Source: Candidatus Latescibacterota bacterium (GTDB lineage Bacteria; Latescibacterota; UBA2968; UBA8231). Taken from it: 64,000 nt of DNA. Shown piece after piece: positions 28,796 through 39,789 of the stretch. Below the pieces are notes generated by a model. It was not told the origin of the DNA and did not search any database. It saw only the letters and a program-made list of their open reading frames with translations. How positions within the stretch are numbered: the first letter of the stretch is position 1; each line of letters begins with the position of its first letter. The position numbers were made by a program, and so were the translations under genes. The DNA lies in the NCBI GenBank assembly GCA_965223905.1, contig CBDCXV010000009.1, forward strand, positions 832,001 through 896,000. Reading direction: 5' to 3'.

Positions 28796-31384
28796 TTGAC
28801 CACGAAAAAACGGGGCATCGAGCCTTACGAGCACACAGATAAGACCCGCGCGAACAATCCGGACGTCGGCCTCGTCACCCCGTCGACGGATCCGGACGCG
28901 GACGCGAAGACCTACGACCACGACCCCCACCTCGACCCGCAGCTGTCCTGGGCCGGCAAGGCGGAGAACACCTCGTTCGAGGTGCCCACCGTCTCCCTGC
29001 ACGTGCACGAGCGCATCGAGCCGCGCACCATCATCGAAGCCGTGCGCAAGGGCAACGGCCGGCCGGAAGATCAACTCTCGTTCTTCTCCCGGCCGGAGGA
29101 GAACCGCCCGCTCCGCGAGGCCATCGACTTCTACCGCCACCGACGCAACTGGAGCAACCGCCTCATCGCCGGCGACAGCCTGCTGGTGATGAACAGCCTG
29201 CTGGAGAAGGAGGGCCTGGGCGGACAGGTGCAGATGGTCTACGTCGACCCGCCCTACGGCATCAACTACGGCTCGAACTTCCAGCCTTTCGTCAACAAGC
29301 GGGACGTGCCCTCCAGCGACAAGGACGAGGATTTGACAACCGAACCGGAGCAGATCCGCGCCTTCCGGGATACCTGGGAGCTGGGCATCCACTCCTATCT
29401 CTCCTGCCTGCGGGACCGCCTGTTGCTGGCCCGCGAGCTGCTGCACGAAAGCGGCAGCTGCTTCGTGCAGATCGGCGATGAGAACGTGCACCTGCTCGGC
29501 GCCGCGATGGACGAAATCTTCTGTCCCGAGAACCGCGTGGCCACCATCACCTACGCAACGACGGGCGGCAGCTCCGCCAAGACGTTGCCGGAGGTCGCCG
29601 ACTACCTGCTCTGGTACGCGAAAGACAAGAACCAGGTGAAGTTTCGGCAGCTGTACGAACCGCTCACACGGAGAGAAACCATCGATTTTTTCAGTTCGTA
29701 TGCGGGCGTCGAGTTGCCAGACGGTCAAAGCCGCAAACTGACACCGGAAGAGCGTTTTGATCCGGACAAGCATTTACCGGAGGGCGCGCGGATTTATCGG
29801 CGCATGAACCTGGCTTCCCGAGGTGCTTCAACTACAGGCCGTTCGGATCCTTACGAACATGAGGGCCGAGTCTTTGATGTAAGTTTCGGGGGAAATCTTC
29901 AGTGGAGAGTTTCTCCGGAGGGACTAGACCGCCTCGCGGAGCTAAGCCGACTGGAGGCGAAAGGGCAGGGATCGCTGGGGTGGAAACTGTACGAAGACGA
30001 GGTTCCGGGCCGGCGAATCCACAACGTCTGGTCCGCCCAGATGTCGGAGAAGAACAAAGGCTACGTCGTCCAGACCGCGGCGAAAGCGATTCAGCGTTGT
30101 ATCCTGATGACTACCGACCCGGGGGACCTGGTCTTCGACCCCACCTGCGGCGGCGGTACCACCGCCTACGTCGCCGAGCAGTGGGGCCGTCGCTGGATCA
30201 CCTGCGACACGTCCCGGGTGGCGGTCTTCGCCGCGCGAGCGCGACTGATGACCGCCCATTTCGACTACTATCAGCTGGCCCATCCCGCCGAGGGCGTCGG
30301 GGCGGGTTTTCGATACCGAAGCGTCGATACCGTGTCCGCCAGAACCCTGGCCTACGACGAACCGCCCAACAAAACCTTCCTCTACGACAAGCCGCACGTC
30401 GATCGCAAGAAAGCCCGCGTCACCGGCCCGTTCATGGTCGAGGCGGTGCCTCCGCCGGCGGCACCGGCGCAGGTAACGTCGCTGGACGAAATCGGCGAAG
30501 TGGCCGCGCCACCTGCTGTCTCCCCCGATTCGGCTGCCCGCAGCGGCCCGACCGTGAGCCAGGCCGACTGGCGCGACGAACTGCTGAAAACCGGCATCCG
30601 CTGCAGGGCCGGGCAGCGCCTCTCCTTCACGCGGCTCGAGCCCCTGCCGGCGACCCGATGGCTGCACGCGGACGGCGAGACCTCCGACCCCGATTCCGGA
30701 TCCACCCGGATCGTGGTCTCCTTCGGGCCGGATCATGCTCCCCTGGAACAGCGCCAGGTCGCCCGCGCCATTGAGGAAGCACAGAGGCTCGTTCCCGAGC
30801 CCGGAGTCATCGTCTTCGCCGCCTTCCAGTTCGACCCCGAGGCGGCCAAGGACATCGACGAAACCCACTGGCCCGGCGTCACCCTGCTCAAGGCGCAGAT
30901 GAACGCCGATCTGCTGACCGACGATCTCAAGAAGAAACGCGCCAGCAACGAGACCTTCTGGCTGATCGGGCAGCCCGACGTGGCAGTCGAGAAAATCGCG
31001 GAAAACGGAATGCTGCAAATCTCCGTTCAGGGCTTCGACTACTACAACACCCGGACCGGCACCGTCGAACCCGGAGGCGCTGACCGAATCGCCGTGTGGA
31101 TGCTCGACCCCGACTACGACGGCCGTAGCGTGTTTCCCCGGCAGGTGTTCTTTCCGATGGCCGACCCGAAATACAATTGGGACGTGCTTGCCCGCATCCT
31201 CAAGGCCGAAATAGACGCCGACCGGATTGTAGCCTACCGCGGCACCACCTCCTTGCCGTTCGAGTCCGGAGAACACGGCCGGGCGGCCGTCAAGATCGTC
31301 GACGACCGGGGGATCGAGAGTCTCAAGGTGATCGTGCTCGAGGAAGAGCAGTTCCAGGGCGGCGACCGAGTGAGCCCCGGATAG
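28796..31384 (+). CDS. mod: Type III R-M DNA methyltransferase (Mod)
   Basis: NRLIAGDSL, VYVDPPYG, FDPTCGGGTT; TTG start after GAGGGAGG. Confidence 0.9.
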   Translation: MTTKKRGIEPYEHTDKTRANNPDVGLVTPSTDPDADAKTYDHDPHLDPQLSWAGKAENTSFEVPTVSLHVHERIEPRTIIEAVRKGNGRPEDQLSFFSRPEENRPLREAIDFYRHRRNWSNRLIAGDSLLVMNSLLEKEGLGGQVQMVYVDPPYGINYGSNFQPFVNKRDVPSSDKDEDLTTEPEQIRAFRDTWELGIHSYLSCLRDRLLLARELLHESGSCFVQIGDENVHLLGAAMDEIFCPENRVATITYATTGGSSAKTLPEVADYLLWYAKDKNQVKFRQLYEPLTRRETIDFFSSYAGVELPDGQSRKLTPEERFDPDKHLPEGARIYRRMNLASRGASTTGRSDPYEHEGRVFDVSFGGNLQWRVSPEGLDRLAELSRLEAKGQGSLGWKLYEDEVPGRRIHNVWSAQMSEKNKGYVVQTAAKAIQRCILMTTDPGDLVFDPTCGGGTTAYVAEQWGRRWITCDTSRVAVFAARARLMTAHFDYYQLAHPAEGVGAGFRYRSVDTVSARTLAYDEPPNKTFLYDKPHVDRKKARVTGPFMVEAVPPPAAPAQVTSLDEIGEVAAPPAVSPDSAARSGPTVSQADWRDELLKTGIRCRAGQRLSFTRLEPLPATRWLHADGETSDPDSGSTRIVVSFGPDHAPLEQRQVARAIEEAQRLVPEPGVIVFAAFQFDPEAAKDIDETHWPGVTLLKAQMNADLLTDDLKKKRASNETFWLIGQPDVAVEKIAENGMLQISVQGFDYYNTRTGTVEPGGADRIAVWMLDPDYDGRSVFPRQVFFPMADPKYNWDVLARILKAEIDADRIVAYRGTTSLPFESGEHGRAAVKIVDDRGIESLKVIVLEEEQFQGGDRVSPG

Positions 31385-34209
31385 TGCCCCCCCGAAAAAA
31401 TATCGATCAGTTGATCGTCAACTCCCCCTATGAGGAGCCGACGAGATATTGGGACCAGGACCGAAAGTCGCGGCTGTTCGACCTGAAAGATGGCCGGCGT
31501 CCGGCCGGGTACGTCGTTTCCTCCAACGGAGCCGATGCCTTCGACGATCCCGGCAGGTTCATTGAGATTCCGCTGGTCAACCGCATCCGTCCTCGCGTCA
31601 AAGCCTGGCGTGAGGCCGGGTACCCGGGCGTGACCGGAATCACCAAGCGCCTGTTGGAGTACTGGACCGACGAGCCGGAAATGCGGGGCGATCACCGGTT
31701 CTTTTTCTGCCAGCTGGAGGCCGTCGAAACGCTGATCTGGCTCACCGAGGGGCCGGAGGTCGAGAAGGTCGGCATCGAGATCCCCTCCGATGGAGGGGCG
31801 TTCCGGCGCTTGTGCGAGAAGATGGCGACCGGCACCGGCAAGACGGTCGTCATGGCGATGGTCATCGCCTGGCAGATCCTCAACAAGGTCGCCTACCCGC
31901 AGGACGCCCGGTTTTCCAGGCACGTCCTGGTCATCGCGCCCGGGCTCACCGTCAGGAGCCGGTTGGGGGTGTTGGTTCCACCCGATCCGAACAACTGCTA
32001 CCGCGAATTCGACATCGTACCGTCCGCCCAGCTCGACAAGCTGCGCCAGGGCACGGTGATCGTTCGCAACTGGCACGCGCTCAACTGGGAAACGGAGGAG
32101 CAGGTCGCTCGGAAACGGGGCGTGGACAAGCGAGGCCCCAAAAGCGATGCGGCCTATGTGCGCGAGGTCCTGGGCGAAATGGAGAAGGGCCGCAACATCC
32201 TGGTCATCAACGACGAGGCGCATCATGCCTACCGTCCTGCAGCCGAGACCAAAGCCAGCAAAACAGAGGAAGAGAAAGCTACCCGATGGGTCGCCGGCCT
32301 CGACCGGATCGCTCGGAGGCGGGGAATCCTGGCCTGCTACGATTTCTCGGCAACCCCCTTCGCCCCCTCGGACAAGCGGCGCCCTGAAGAGACCCTGTTC
32401 GACTGGATCGTCAGCGACTTCGGCTTGAGCGACGCCATCGAGTCGGGACTGGTCAAAACGCCGCGGGTGGTGATCCGGGACGACACCTTGCCGACGTCGC
32501 AAACCGACCGATCTCGCTACTACTCTCGCTTCTACCACCTCTACAACCATCCCGAGGTCAAGGACGACCTGAACCGCCGCGCCAAGCCCGAAGAACCCCT
32601 GCCGGACCTGGTCACGAACGGCTATTTCCTGCTCGGCTACGACTGGCGCGAAACGGCCCGGAACTGGAGCTCGCGGACCCCTCCGAGCCAGACCCCTCCG
32701 GTGATGATTACCGTCGCCAACCGCACGGAGACGGCGGCCCGGATCAAGTATGCCTTCGACCGGAGGAGAATCCGCATCGACGAGCTCTGTCGTCCGGAGC
32801 GCACCCTGCACATCGACTCGAAGGTGCTCGCCGAAGCCGAGGAGGCCGAAGAACCGATCGCCGACGTCCAAGGATCCCCGGACAGCACCCCCAACGGCCG
32901 CAAGCCGTCCCGGAAACAGCGGGCGGAGCTGCTGCGGCGGCAGGTGGACACCGTGGGCCGGGCCGGCAAGGAGGGCGGACAGATTCAGAACGTCATTTCG
33001 GTCCAAATGCTCTCGGAGGGCTGGGACGCGAAGACAGTGACTCACATCATGGGGCTGCGCGCGTTCACCAGCCAGTTGCTCTGCGAGCAAGTCGTGGGGC
33101 GCGGGCTGCGCCGGACGTCCTACGAGATAAATCCGGAGACCGGTCTGTTCGAGCCCGAGTACGTCAACGTTTTCGGCGTGCCTTTCCGGTTTCTGCTCCT
33201 CGAGGGCGGCCAAAACGACGACGAGCCGCCACCGCCGCCGCCCGAACCGAAGACCGCCATCGAACCGGTTCCGGAGAAGGCGGAGTTTGAAATCTCCTGG
33301 CCTAACGTGATCCGCATTGACCACAGCTACCAGCCACGCTTGGCGCTGGATTGGGACCGCCTGCCGCCCCTGGAGATCGACGCCAGCCAGACGGCCTCGC
33401 TTGCGGAGCTGGCACCGGTCGTCGACGGCGAGCCGGACGTGACGAAGATTAAGGCCATCGATCTAAAAAAGCTGCGCGGGGAACGCCGCACCCAGACGAT
33501 CATTTTCGAGACCGCGGCGGAGGTGTACGATCAGCTGCAGGCCAACTGGAAGGGGCGCCGGGAGTTTTTGTTGGCGCAGGTGGTGAAGCTGGTCGAGCAG
33601 TTCATCAGGCGACCCGGCACCCTCCGCATCCATCCGGCCCTGTTCCAGCGCGACGAATTCAAGCGGGACCTCGCCATCACCCTCAACATGACCAAGGTGG
33701 TGCGGCACCTGTGGGAAGCGATCCGGGACGCCGGGACCGAGAAGCGGATTCCGGTGTTCGATCAGGATCAGCCGGTGCGCTCGACTGCGGACATGCGAAC
33801 CTGGTACACCAGCAGGCCGGTCGAATACACCCAACGCACCCACATCAACTACTGCGTCGTCGACAGCACCTGGGAATCGAGCGATTCCTTCGCCCTCGAC
33901 CATGCCGACGAAGTGGCCGCCTGGGTCAAGAACGACCACCTCGGCTTCGAGGTGTTCTACGTCTATCAGGGGGTCGTGCGGAAATACCGTCCGGACTTCC
34001 TGGTCCGCCTGATGTCAGGGGATATGCTGGTGCTGGAAACGAAAGGGCGGGACAGAGACAGCGAGCAGAATAAGGAAAAACGCAAAGCGCTGGAGGAATG
34101 GGTCGCAGCCGTCAACGATCACGGCGGCTTCGGGCGCTGGTGCTGCGCGGTGGCCAAGCGCCCCGGCGATATTCAGGATATTTTCGCCATTTCAAGCTGC
34201 TGTTTGTAA
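31384..34209 (+). CDS. res: Type III restriction helicase-endonuclease (Res)
   Basis: KMATGTGKT, INDEAHH, FSATP, MLSEGWD, QVVGRGLRR, YRPDFLV..LETKG. Confidence 0.9.
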   Translation: MPPRKNIDQLIVNSPYEEPTRYWDQDRKSRLFDLKDGRRPAGYVVSSNGADAFDDPGRFIEIPLVNRIRPRVKAWREAGYPGVTGITKRLLEYWTDEPEMRGDHRFFFCQLEAVETLIWLTEGPEVEKVGIEIPSDGGAFRRLCEKMATGTGKTVVMAMVIAWQILNKVAYPQDARFSRHVLVIAPGLTVRSRLGVLVPPDPNNCYREFDIVPSAQLDKLRQGTVIVRNWHALNWETEEQVARKRGVDKRGPKSDAAYVREVLGEMEKGRNILVINDEAHHAYRPAAETKASKTEEEKATRWVAGLDRIARRRGILACYDFSATPFAPSDKRRPEETLFDWIVSDFGLSDAIESGLVKTPRVVIRDDTLPTSQTDRSRYYSRFYHLYNHPEVKDDLNRRAKPEEPLPDLVTNGYFLLGYDWRETARNWSSRTPPSQTPPVMITVANRTETAARIKYAFDRRRIRIDELCRPERTLHIDSKVLAEAEEAEEPIADVQGSPDSTPNGRKPSRKQRAELLRRQVDTVGRAGKEGGQIQNVISVQMLSEGWDAKTVTHIMGLRAFTSQLLCEQVVGRGLRRTSYEINPETGLFEPEYVNVFGVPFRFLLLEGGQNDDEPPPPPPEPKTAIEPVPEKAEFEISWPNVIRIDHSYQPRLALDWDRLPPLEIDASQTASLAELAPVVDGEPDVTKIKAIDLKKLRGERRTQTIIFETAAEVYDQLQANWKGRREFLLAQVVKLVEQFIRRPGTLRIHPALFQRDEFKRDLAITLNMTKVVRHLWEAIRDAGTEKRIPVFDQDQPVRSTADMRTWYTSRPVEYTQRTHINYCVVDSTWESSDSFALDHADEVAAWVKNDHLGFEVFYVYQGVVRKYRPDFLVRLMSGDMLVLETKGRDRDSEQNKEKRKALEEWVAAVNDHGGFGRWCCAVAKRPGDIQDIFAISSCCL

Positions 34210-34251
34210 AAACGCGCTTCCATTCCACCTTTAAGCCAAGGATTTACGACG

Positions 34252-34587
34252 ATGCCTTCCGAGAGTGAGAGGCAGTTGAATGCTAAGATTTTGAACGAGT
34301 TACAACTGTACGGATTAGCTTATCAAGAAATTTTACGAGACGTGTCTCATTTTCTTCAGAGTTTAGAAGACGCAACCCCCAGAATGGCCTCTGTTCAGAA
34401 GAGGGCAATAGCGGCTTATAAGCCTCCCGAAATGAGCGGCTTAGAGCTTCCCGATCTGCACGGAAAGATGAAGAATCTTCTAGCTGATGGGCGCCAGTTT
34501 CACACATCTCTCGACGAATTTAGGACCTCGCTCATGGAGTTTGCTTTGCGGCTATATCCAGAAATGGATCAGCCAGAAGAAGACTAA
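34252..34587 (+). CDS. Hypothetical protein (low GC)
   Basis: 111-aa helical ORF. Confidence 0.5.
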   Translation: MPSESERQLNAKILNELQLYGLAYQEILRDVSHFLQSLEDATPRMASVQKRAIAAYKPPEMSGLELPDLHGKMKNLLADGRQFHTSLDEFRTSLMEFALRLYPEMDQPEED

Positions 34588-34638
34588 AAAAAATACCATA
34601 AAATTCTGGCACACAAATCCCAAAAAGGAGGCTTTACC

Positions 34639-35130
34639 GTGCCCGACACCCCCAGTGAGAAAGAGCTAGTCGGTAAATTTGAAGGCGTCGAGTTTGGTTC
34701 AGTGGAGACCGACGAGCGTTTCCTAGTGTCACTACAATACCAAGATGTTCTTGGTGAGATGCACGAACTGTCTTTTCAACCATCCGACTTACTGTATCTG
34801 CAAGCCCTACTAAGGGTAATCTTGAAGCAGATGGAATCCCGGATGGAGAATTGGTCCCGTGAGCGCGTTCTTCAACGGCTGATTGACACATATGAATTCC
34901 CGTCTGAAGCAGCCAGTAATCTTTGGAGAGACGCCACTCCCCCCCCCCAAGCAACCAGTGAGGTTGTCCCCCCAGGGGGCAACCGGGGCTTGACTTGGAA
35001 GGGGAAACGTCCCTATATGTGGTCAGAGTTGGGAAGGGGGGGAGTTGTCCCAGGGCGGGTAATCCCCCCCCTTCCGCGTTTTATCGACAGCCGCTGCCTG
35101 ATCTCTCAAGGTAGCGGCTTTGTCGTCTAA
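34639..35130 (+). CDS. Hypothetical protein
   Basis: AGGAGG RBS before GTG; C-terminal part looks degenerate. Confidence 0.45.
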   Translation: MPDTPSEKELVGKFEGVEFGSVETDERFLVSLQYQDVLGEMHELSFQPSDLLYLQALLRVILKQMESRMENWSRERVLQRLIDTYEFPSEAASNLWRDATPPPQATSEVVPPGGNRGLTWKGKRPYMWSELGRGGVVPGRVIPPLPRFIDSRCLISQGSGFVV

Positions 35131-35254
35131 TAACTGCACAGACGGGCAAAAGCGTTGGTCTTTAGCCCTGTGGCTCCTGCCTTATGAGGGCATTTCGTTC
35201 GATTCATTTACTCGTCCTCCCCAGGGTTCCCCCGGCGATTTCGGGGGTGTGCTG

Positions 35255-36013
35255 TTAGAGGGATTGAAAGAAACCGAAATCGATCTCCGAATCCTCCACT
35301 TTGCGGACACCGAGGTTGGCTTGTCCCATAGTTTCGACCAGTAACTCCCCGTCGATTAGATCAATGCGGCCAACGCCATCTCTGCCCGCTTCGGCTTTCG
35401 CATCCCTCGTAAACGTGCTTGTTGTCAGGATCATTCCCTTTTCGGCGCGCCCCGCCATGGCGCCGCGAAAGTCTCTCACCACGTTGGGTCCCACCGGGTT
35501 TTTCCATCGCTTGCACTGGAATACCACCGAGAAGCTGATCAGGGCATACTTCCCCCGAAGTATGCCCGTTCCGTCAATGCCCCCGTCCCCGGACCTTCCC
35601 GTTATCGTAACCTCTTCAAACCCCCTTTCCCGCAGGAGCCGCTGACACAACCTTTCGAACACTTCAGGAGGCATGTCCTGAAGTATCCGCATCAGCATTT
35701 CCTGCCAGGAGGAGGCTGCGAGAACGTCTTCCTTTGCTTTTTCCAGGTAATTCTGCACGACCCTGGGAGGGGCGGCAGTGAGTGTCCATATTCCGGAAGC
35801 CGAATTATGAATCAACCCCTGCCTCTTCAGGTAGGTTCTTGCCCATCCCATATTCTTTTTCAAGAGGGGATCGGATGCGATCTCGGGGGGAAGCTCCAAG
35901 TCCTTTATGATTTGGTCGGCAATTTCGGAGTTGGATGCACTGCCCCCCAATTTCCCGATAGCGTCAATCGTCGGGTCCATCAATTTTTTATTTGTGGGAA
36001 TGGGAACCTTCAT
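35255..36013 (-). CDS. mrr: Mrr-family (type IV) restriction endonuclease
   Basis: Mrr_N (GWARTYLK..GIWTLT) + FERLCQRLL, SGDGGIDG, QCKRW, LIDGELL. Confidence 0.92.
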   Translation of the reverse strand: MKVPIPTNKKLMDPTIDAIGKLGGSASNSEIADQIIKDLELPPEIASDPLLKKNMGWARTYLKRQGLIHNSASGIWTLTAAPPRVVQNYLEKAKEDVLAASSWQEMLMRILQDMPPEVFERLCQRLLRERGFEEVTITGRSGDGGIDGTGILRGKYALISFSVVFQCKRWKNPVGPNVVRDFRGAMAGRAEKGMILTTSTFTRDAKAEAGRDGVGRIDLIDGELLVETMGQANLGVRKVEDSEIDFGFFQSL

Positions 36014-36287
36014 TTGTTCCCTCGTTTGGGATCGGCGTTACCTCGACCTTTCCCTGAAGGCTTTCCCGTTGTGCTGGGAAGGTTGGACGGCTTTCCACTT
36101 TTGGGAGGGGTAGACTTCCCTCCACCGCGATGACTGCCTGAATCCTTCGCCATTTTCCAGCTTCCTTATTCGATCGATGTGCTATGGGATCAATCTGGGA
36201 AGGGGCCTAAGCTGGCCGGGAATCCCTGAAATGACCGGAAACCTATTTGAACGAAGAGGGTGGGTCAACGGTTCAGGGGTTATACTG

Positions 36288-36316
36288 TTGACAAGGTCCT
36301 GTCCACTTTTGATAAT
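36288..36316 (+). promoter_or_regulatory. Putative sigma70 promoter
   Basis: TTGACA-17 bp-GATAAT. Confidence 0.55.
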
Positions 36317-36572
36317 CCCGGCATATCGTAAACAAGGAGATTCTTCCCGCGCATCCGCGCCAGATCCTGCTGGTCCGGTGGCACCTCGGCGACCGTGTCT
36401 GTGGGTGATGGGAGAAACCGAACGACTGACCGACGTCGAGATCCGGTGCTACCAGACCGGGGATCGCATTGACGACGTCCTTCTCTACCTGGGCTCTGCC
36501 ATCGATCCCCACCAGCAAACGGTATGGCACTACTTCGAGAAGCGATGACTTGGTTTACCAGGGAGGTATTCC

Positions 36573-38288
36573 GTGCGTAGTCTGCTGCCCGTTCTGGCGG
36601 TCGTTTCGGCAGCGACTGTGTCCCTCCAGGCGGCACCCAGTCTTCTCCCGCAAACCCCGCATCAAGAAGCCGTTCCTCCCGTTCCGGGACTGCTCGGAAC
36701 GAAAATCGGCGACATTGTCTGGAGCGGCCGCTACCTGTGGATCGTCACGGAACACGGACTGGCGCGGCTCGACCCGAAGGACAGCAACGGCCTCAAGGAC
36801 AGCGACTGGGTTACCTTCACAGAGGCCCACGGACTTGGCCGCGGTGCGGTGAGCGCCCTGGCCGCTTCCGGCGACACCGTCTGGGCCGCCACCCTTTTCG
36901 ACACGACCCTGGGATCCGGCCAGGCCGGGGGTGGCCTGAGCTTCAGTCTGGATGGCGGCGAAACCTGGGGGCACATCCCGAACGAGACCATCTTCGATCC
37001 GTCGCGCCCCTCGTTCGCAGGCGGCCCGTCCACTCCGGTCAACAACGCCTGTTTCGGACTCGCCCTCGACGGCGACACCATCTGGGCGGCCTTTTTCGCC
37101 GGCTCCTCGGTGCGCTCTCGCGACGCCGGCCGCACCTGGGAACGGGTCCTGCCCGATGGCGCCGACGAGATCGTCTATTTTCTCGGCGAAAACGATGCCG
37201 AGAAGTTTCGCATCTTCGCCGACAGCCTGGCCAACAGCGGCGACGCCGACGAAGAACGGGTGCGGGAAGCTCGCGCCGCCGCCGACAGCCTCGACCTGCA
37301 ATCGTACGTACATCGCACCTTCTCGGCCCTCGCCTACGACGACACCGTCTGGATCGGAACCTCCGCCGGGGTTGCCCGCAGCTTCGATGGAGGAACCACC
37401 TGGAAGCACTCCCGGGCCGCCTTCGACGAGTTCGGAGAGCGGCTGGCAGGCAGTCTGAGCGCCAATTGGGTGGTTGCCCTCGCCAGGCAGCGGCGCCCCG
37501 GTGGCAGCGTCGTCTGGGCCGGGGCGAACCTGAGGCCGACCACCCTGGAAACAGCGGGCATCAACTTCAGCGCGGACAACGGGGAATCCTGGCAGTTCGG
37601 GGGGCCGACGTTTGCATGGGGGTTCGCCTTCGCCGAGTACGCGGTCTGGGCCGCCAGCAACGACGGTCTGCTCCGCAGCGGCGACGGCGGCCTCACCTGG
37701 GAGACGGTCATCGTCGAGGACCTGCATGCCGGTTGCCCAGCTTCCAGGGCGGCTTGCCCCCCGTCGCGAGATTTTCTGCGCGAGCCCTTCGTCGGCGTGG
37801 AGATCGCGCCGAACCCCGAGGGGGGAAAGACGCTCTGGGTCGGGGCGGAAAACGGACTCGGCCAGGCCGCGGTCGCCGACTCGAACGGCGAATCTGTAAC
37901 GGACATCGAATGGCGAATCCTGGTGTTTCCCCTGAAAACGCGCGCCTTCGATTCGGGAGACTTCCTCGGCGAAGGAGGCGCTGCCGATCCCGACAGCACC
38001 CTCACCTACGCCGCTCCGAGCCCGTTTGCCCCTTCCCGGGGGGAGCACACCCGCATCGTCTTCGGCCTTCAGAATCCCGCCGAGGTTTCGATTTCCCTCT
38101 ACGATTTCGCCAGCCGCCCGGTGCGCGAACTCGTGGAGAACCAACCGCGTTCCGGACAGGGCTACCACTACATCAACTGGGATGGACGGGACGAGGACGG
38201 CGACCTTGTGGCCAACGGCGTCTATTTCTACCGCCTGAGCACCGACGCCGGCGACCATGCCTTCGGCAAGGTGGTGGTGCTGGATTGA
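36573..38288 (+). CDS. Secreted BNR/Asp-box beta-propeller protein with C-terminal FlgD-Ig domain
   Basis: S.DGG.TW repeats; YAAPSPFAP..WDGRDEDGDLVANGVYFY; GGAGG RBS. Confidence 0.85.
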   Translation: MRSLLPVLAVVSAATVSLQAAPSLLPQTPHQEAVPPVPGLLGTKIGDIVWSGRYLWIVTEHGLARLDPKDSNGLKDSDWVTFTEAHGLGRGAVSALAASGDTVWAATLFDTTLGSGQAGGGLSFSLDGGETWGHIPNETIFDPSRPSFAGGPSTPVNNACFGLALDGDTIWAAFFAGSSVRSRDAGRTWERVLPDGADEIVYFLGENDAEKFRIFADSLANSGDADEERVREARAAADSLDLQSYVHRTFSALAYDDTVWIGTSAGVARSFDGGTTWKHSRAAFDEFGERLAGSLSANWVVALARQRRPGGSVVWAGANLRPTTLETAGINFSADNGESWQFGGPTFAWGFAFAEYAVWAASNDGLLRSGDGGLTWETVIVEDLHAGCPASRAACPPSRDFLREPFVGVEIAPNPEGGKTLWVGAENGLGQAAVADSNGESVTDIEWRILVFPLKTRAFDSGDFLGEGGAADPDSTLTYAAPSPFAPSRGEHTRIVFGLQNPAEVSISLYDFASRPVRELVENQPRSGQGYHYINWDGRDEDGDLVANGVYFYRLSTDAGDHAFGKVVVLD

Positions 38289-38539
38289 CGCACACGCGCG
38301 TGTCCAGAACAAAACGGGGGTATCAAGTACGGAGTAGGAACCGGACACACCTATCGGGGGATCACAGCTTCTCTTGAGATTATTCGCAATCAGGGACAAA
38401 GGGCGGTTTTCACTGATAATGAAGGGTACGTTTCATACCACAAGGGCTCTCAGGTTCAGGTAGGCATAGGTCCTTTTCGAATAGGGGATTAAGGCGCGTC
38501 CCGCGCTTCCGCTACGCCCCGTGATTCATCCTTCTAATT

Positions 38540-38850
38540 CTAAGGCGGCGGCCCGGCCTTCCCGCTCGTCGACCAGAAACAATAGGGCCCCCCGCCGGCA
38601 AGGAAGAAGAAGACGAGCGCCACGATGCCGATGCGGCTGCCGCCGGTCACCTGACCGACCACCCCGAACACCAGCGGCCCGAATATGCGGCGAAACGAGC
38701 TGGTGCTGTAGAAGCCGAAGAACTCCGCCGATTTCGCCGGCGGAATCATCGAGCTGTGAACGAACGGCTCAGCGCCTGCGTGCCCCCCAGCACCATGCCG
38801 ACCAGCCCCGCCAGGATGTAGAAGTGGAGGGCGGTCTGCATGAAATAGCC
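38540..38850 (-). pseudogene. MFS transporter (UMF1/ATG22-like) C-terminal remnant
   Basis: GMVLGGTQALSRS / IPPAKSAEFFGFY..IFGPLVFG across frames. Confidence 0.7.
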
Positions 38851-39156
38851 CGCACAGAGATCAGCCCGTTCGGCCAGGTTCGTCCTGAAGGCGGCTTGAC
38901 CAGGAAAAAGGGGACGAGGCAAGTGTTGACCGATTCCGCTGTTCGTCCAACCTGCCATTTCGGCCGATCCCCTCGAGGGCGGTCCTTTCGTTGCCCGGAT
39001 TGCCCCGGATATGACGAATACGTTTGAACAGGGACCCAACCGTATTTGCATTAAACGGGCACAAGCCGCTGGCTCGCTCGTCCGCGTGGGCAACCTCAGG
39101 AAGAAAGGGCCCGCCGTCGGGGCAACCTTGAGCGTGGGACAGGGCCTGTCCCTGCG

Positions 39157-39654
39157 CTACTCCGGCGGTTCTTTGTTCATCCTGCTGTTTCCCAACTGCC
39201 TCTCCCGAGGTGTCAAACCTGCCCGGGATCGCAGAGAAGCCATGATCTGCAGCACTAGCCGCTGGTGGCGCGCCTTGCTGACGGTCAGCTCCGACAGCTT
39301 GATCCAGGGTGCGCGATGCAGTACGTGGCCTTCCGCCTTCGACAGATGCGCTCTCACCAACTCCTCGGCGAGCCCGAGAAAGCCCCCGATCTCCTCGCAG
39401 GAGCTCCCCTCGATATGGAAGAGAACGAAGATCCGGCGACTTTCCCGGGGAATCTCGTCCAGGAGGTTCCAGAGTTTCGCCGGCACCTCCGCCCTTTTGC
39501 CGAAATCCAGATCCTCCGGAGGGCGCGGCGATCCTTTCATGCAGGCGTGGACGCGCCCATCCGGCTCTTTTTCGTCACTGCGGATTTCCAAGTCTCGCAT
39601 TCTCGACATGTTGTTTTTGTCCCCCCGGTGGGCTGTTCTCAAAAGCCTTTTCAT
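39157..39654 (-). pseudogene. ECF sigma factor region-4 remnant
   Basis: LDEIPRESRRIFVLFHIEGSSCEEIGGFLG..VRAHLSKA. Confidence 0.55.
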
Positions 39655-39789
39655 ATATCAGACGGAAATGGACAGCGAAGGTACTATGTGGCAGAATGGG
39701 TTGTCCTCGACAATGGACAACTGTCAGGTGAATACCATCACAGAGCAAGAAAGGCACCCCTTTCTCGGAGGCCCTCTAGCCGAGGACAC

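Larger units (their letters stand above)
5941..36100. mobile_element. Integrative element (P4-type integrase, AlpA, primase-helicase-Rep module, early operon, R-M cargo); right boundary uncertain
   Basis: Abrupt host gene truncation and GC drop at ~5940, integrase and mobile-element gene content; no attR identified. Confidence 0.7.
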
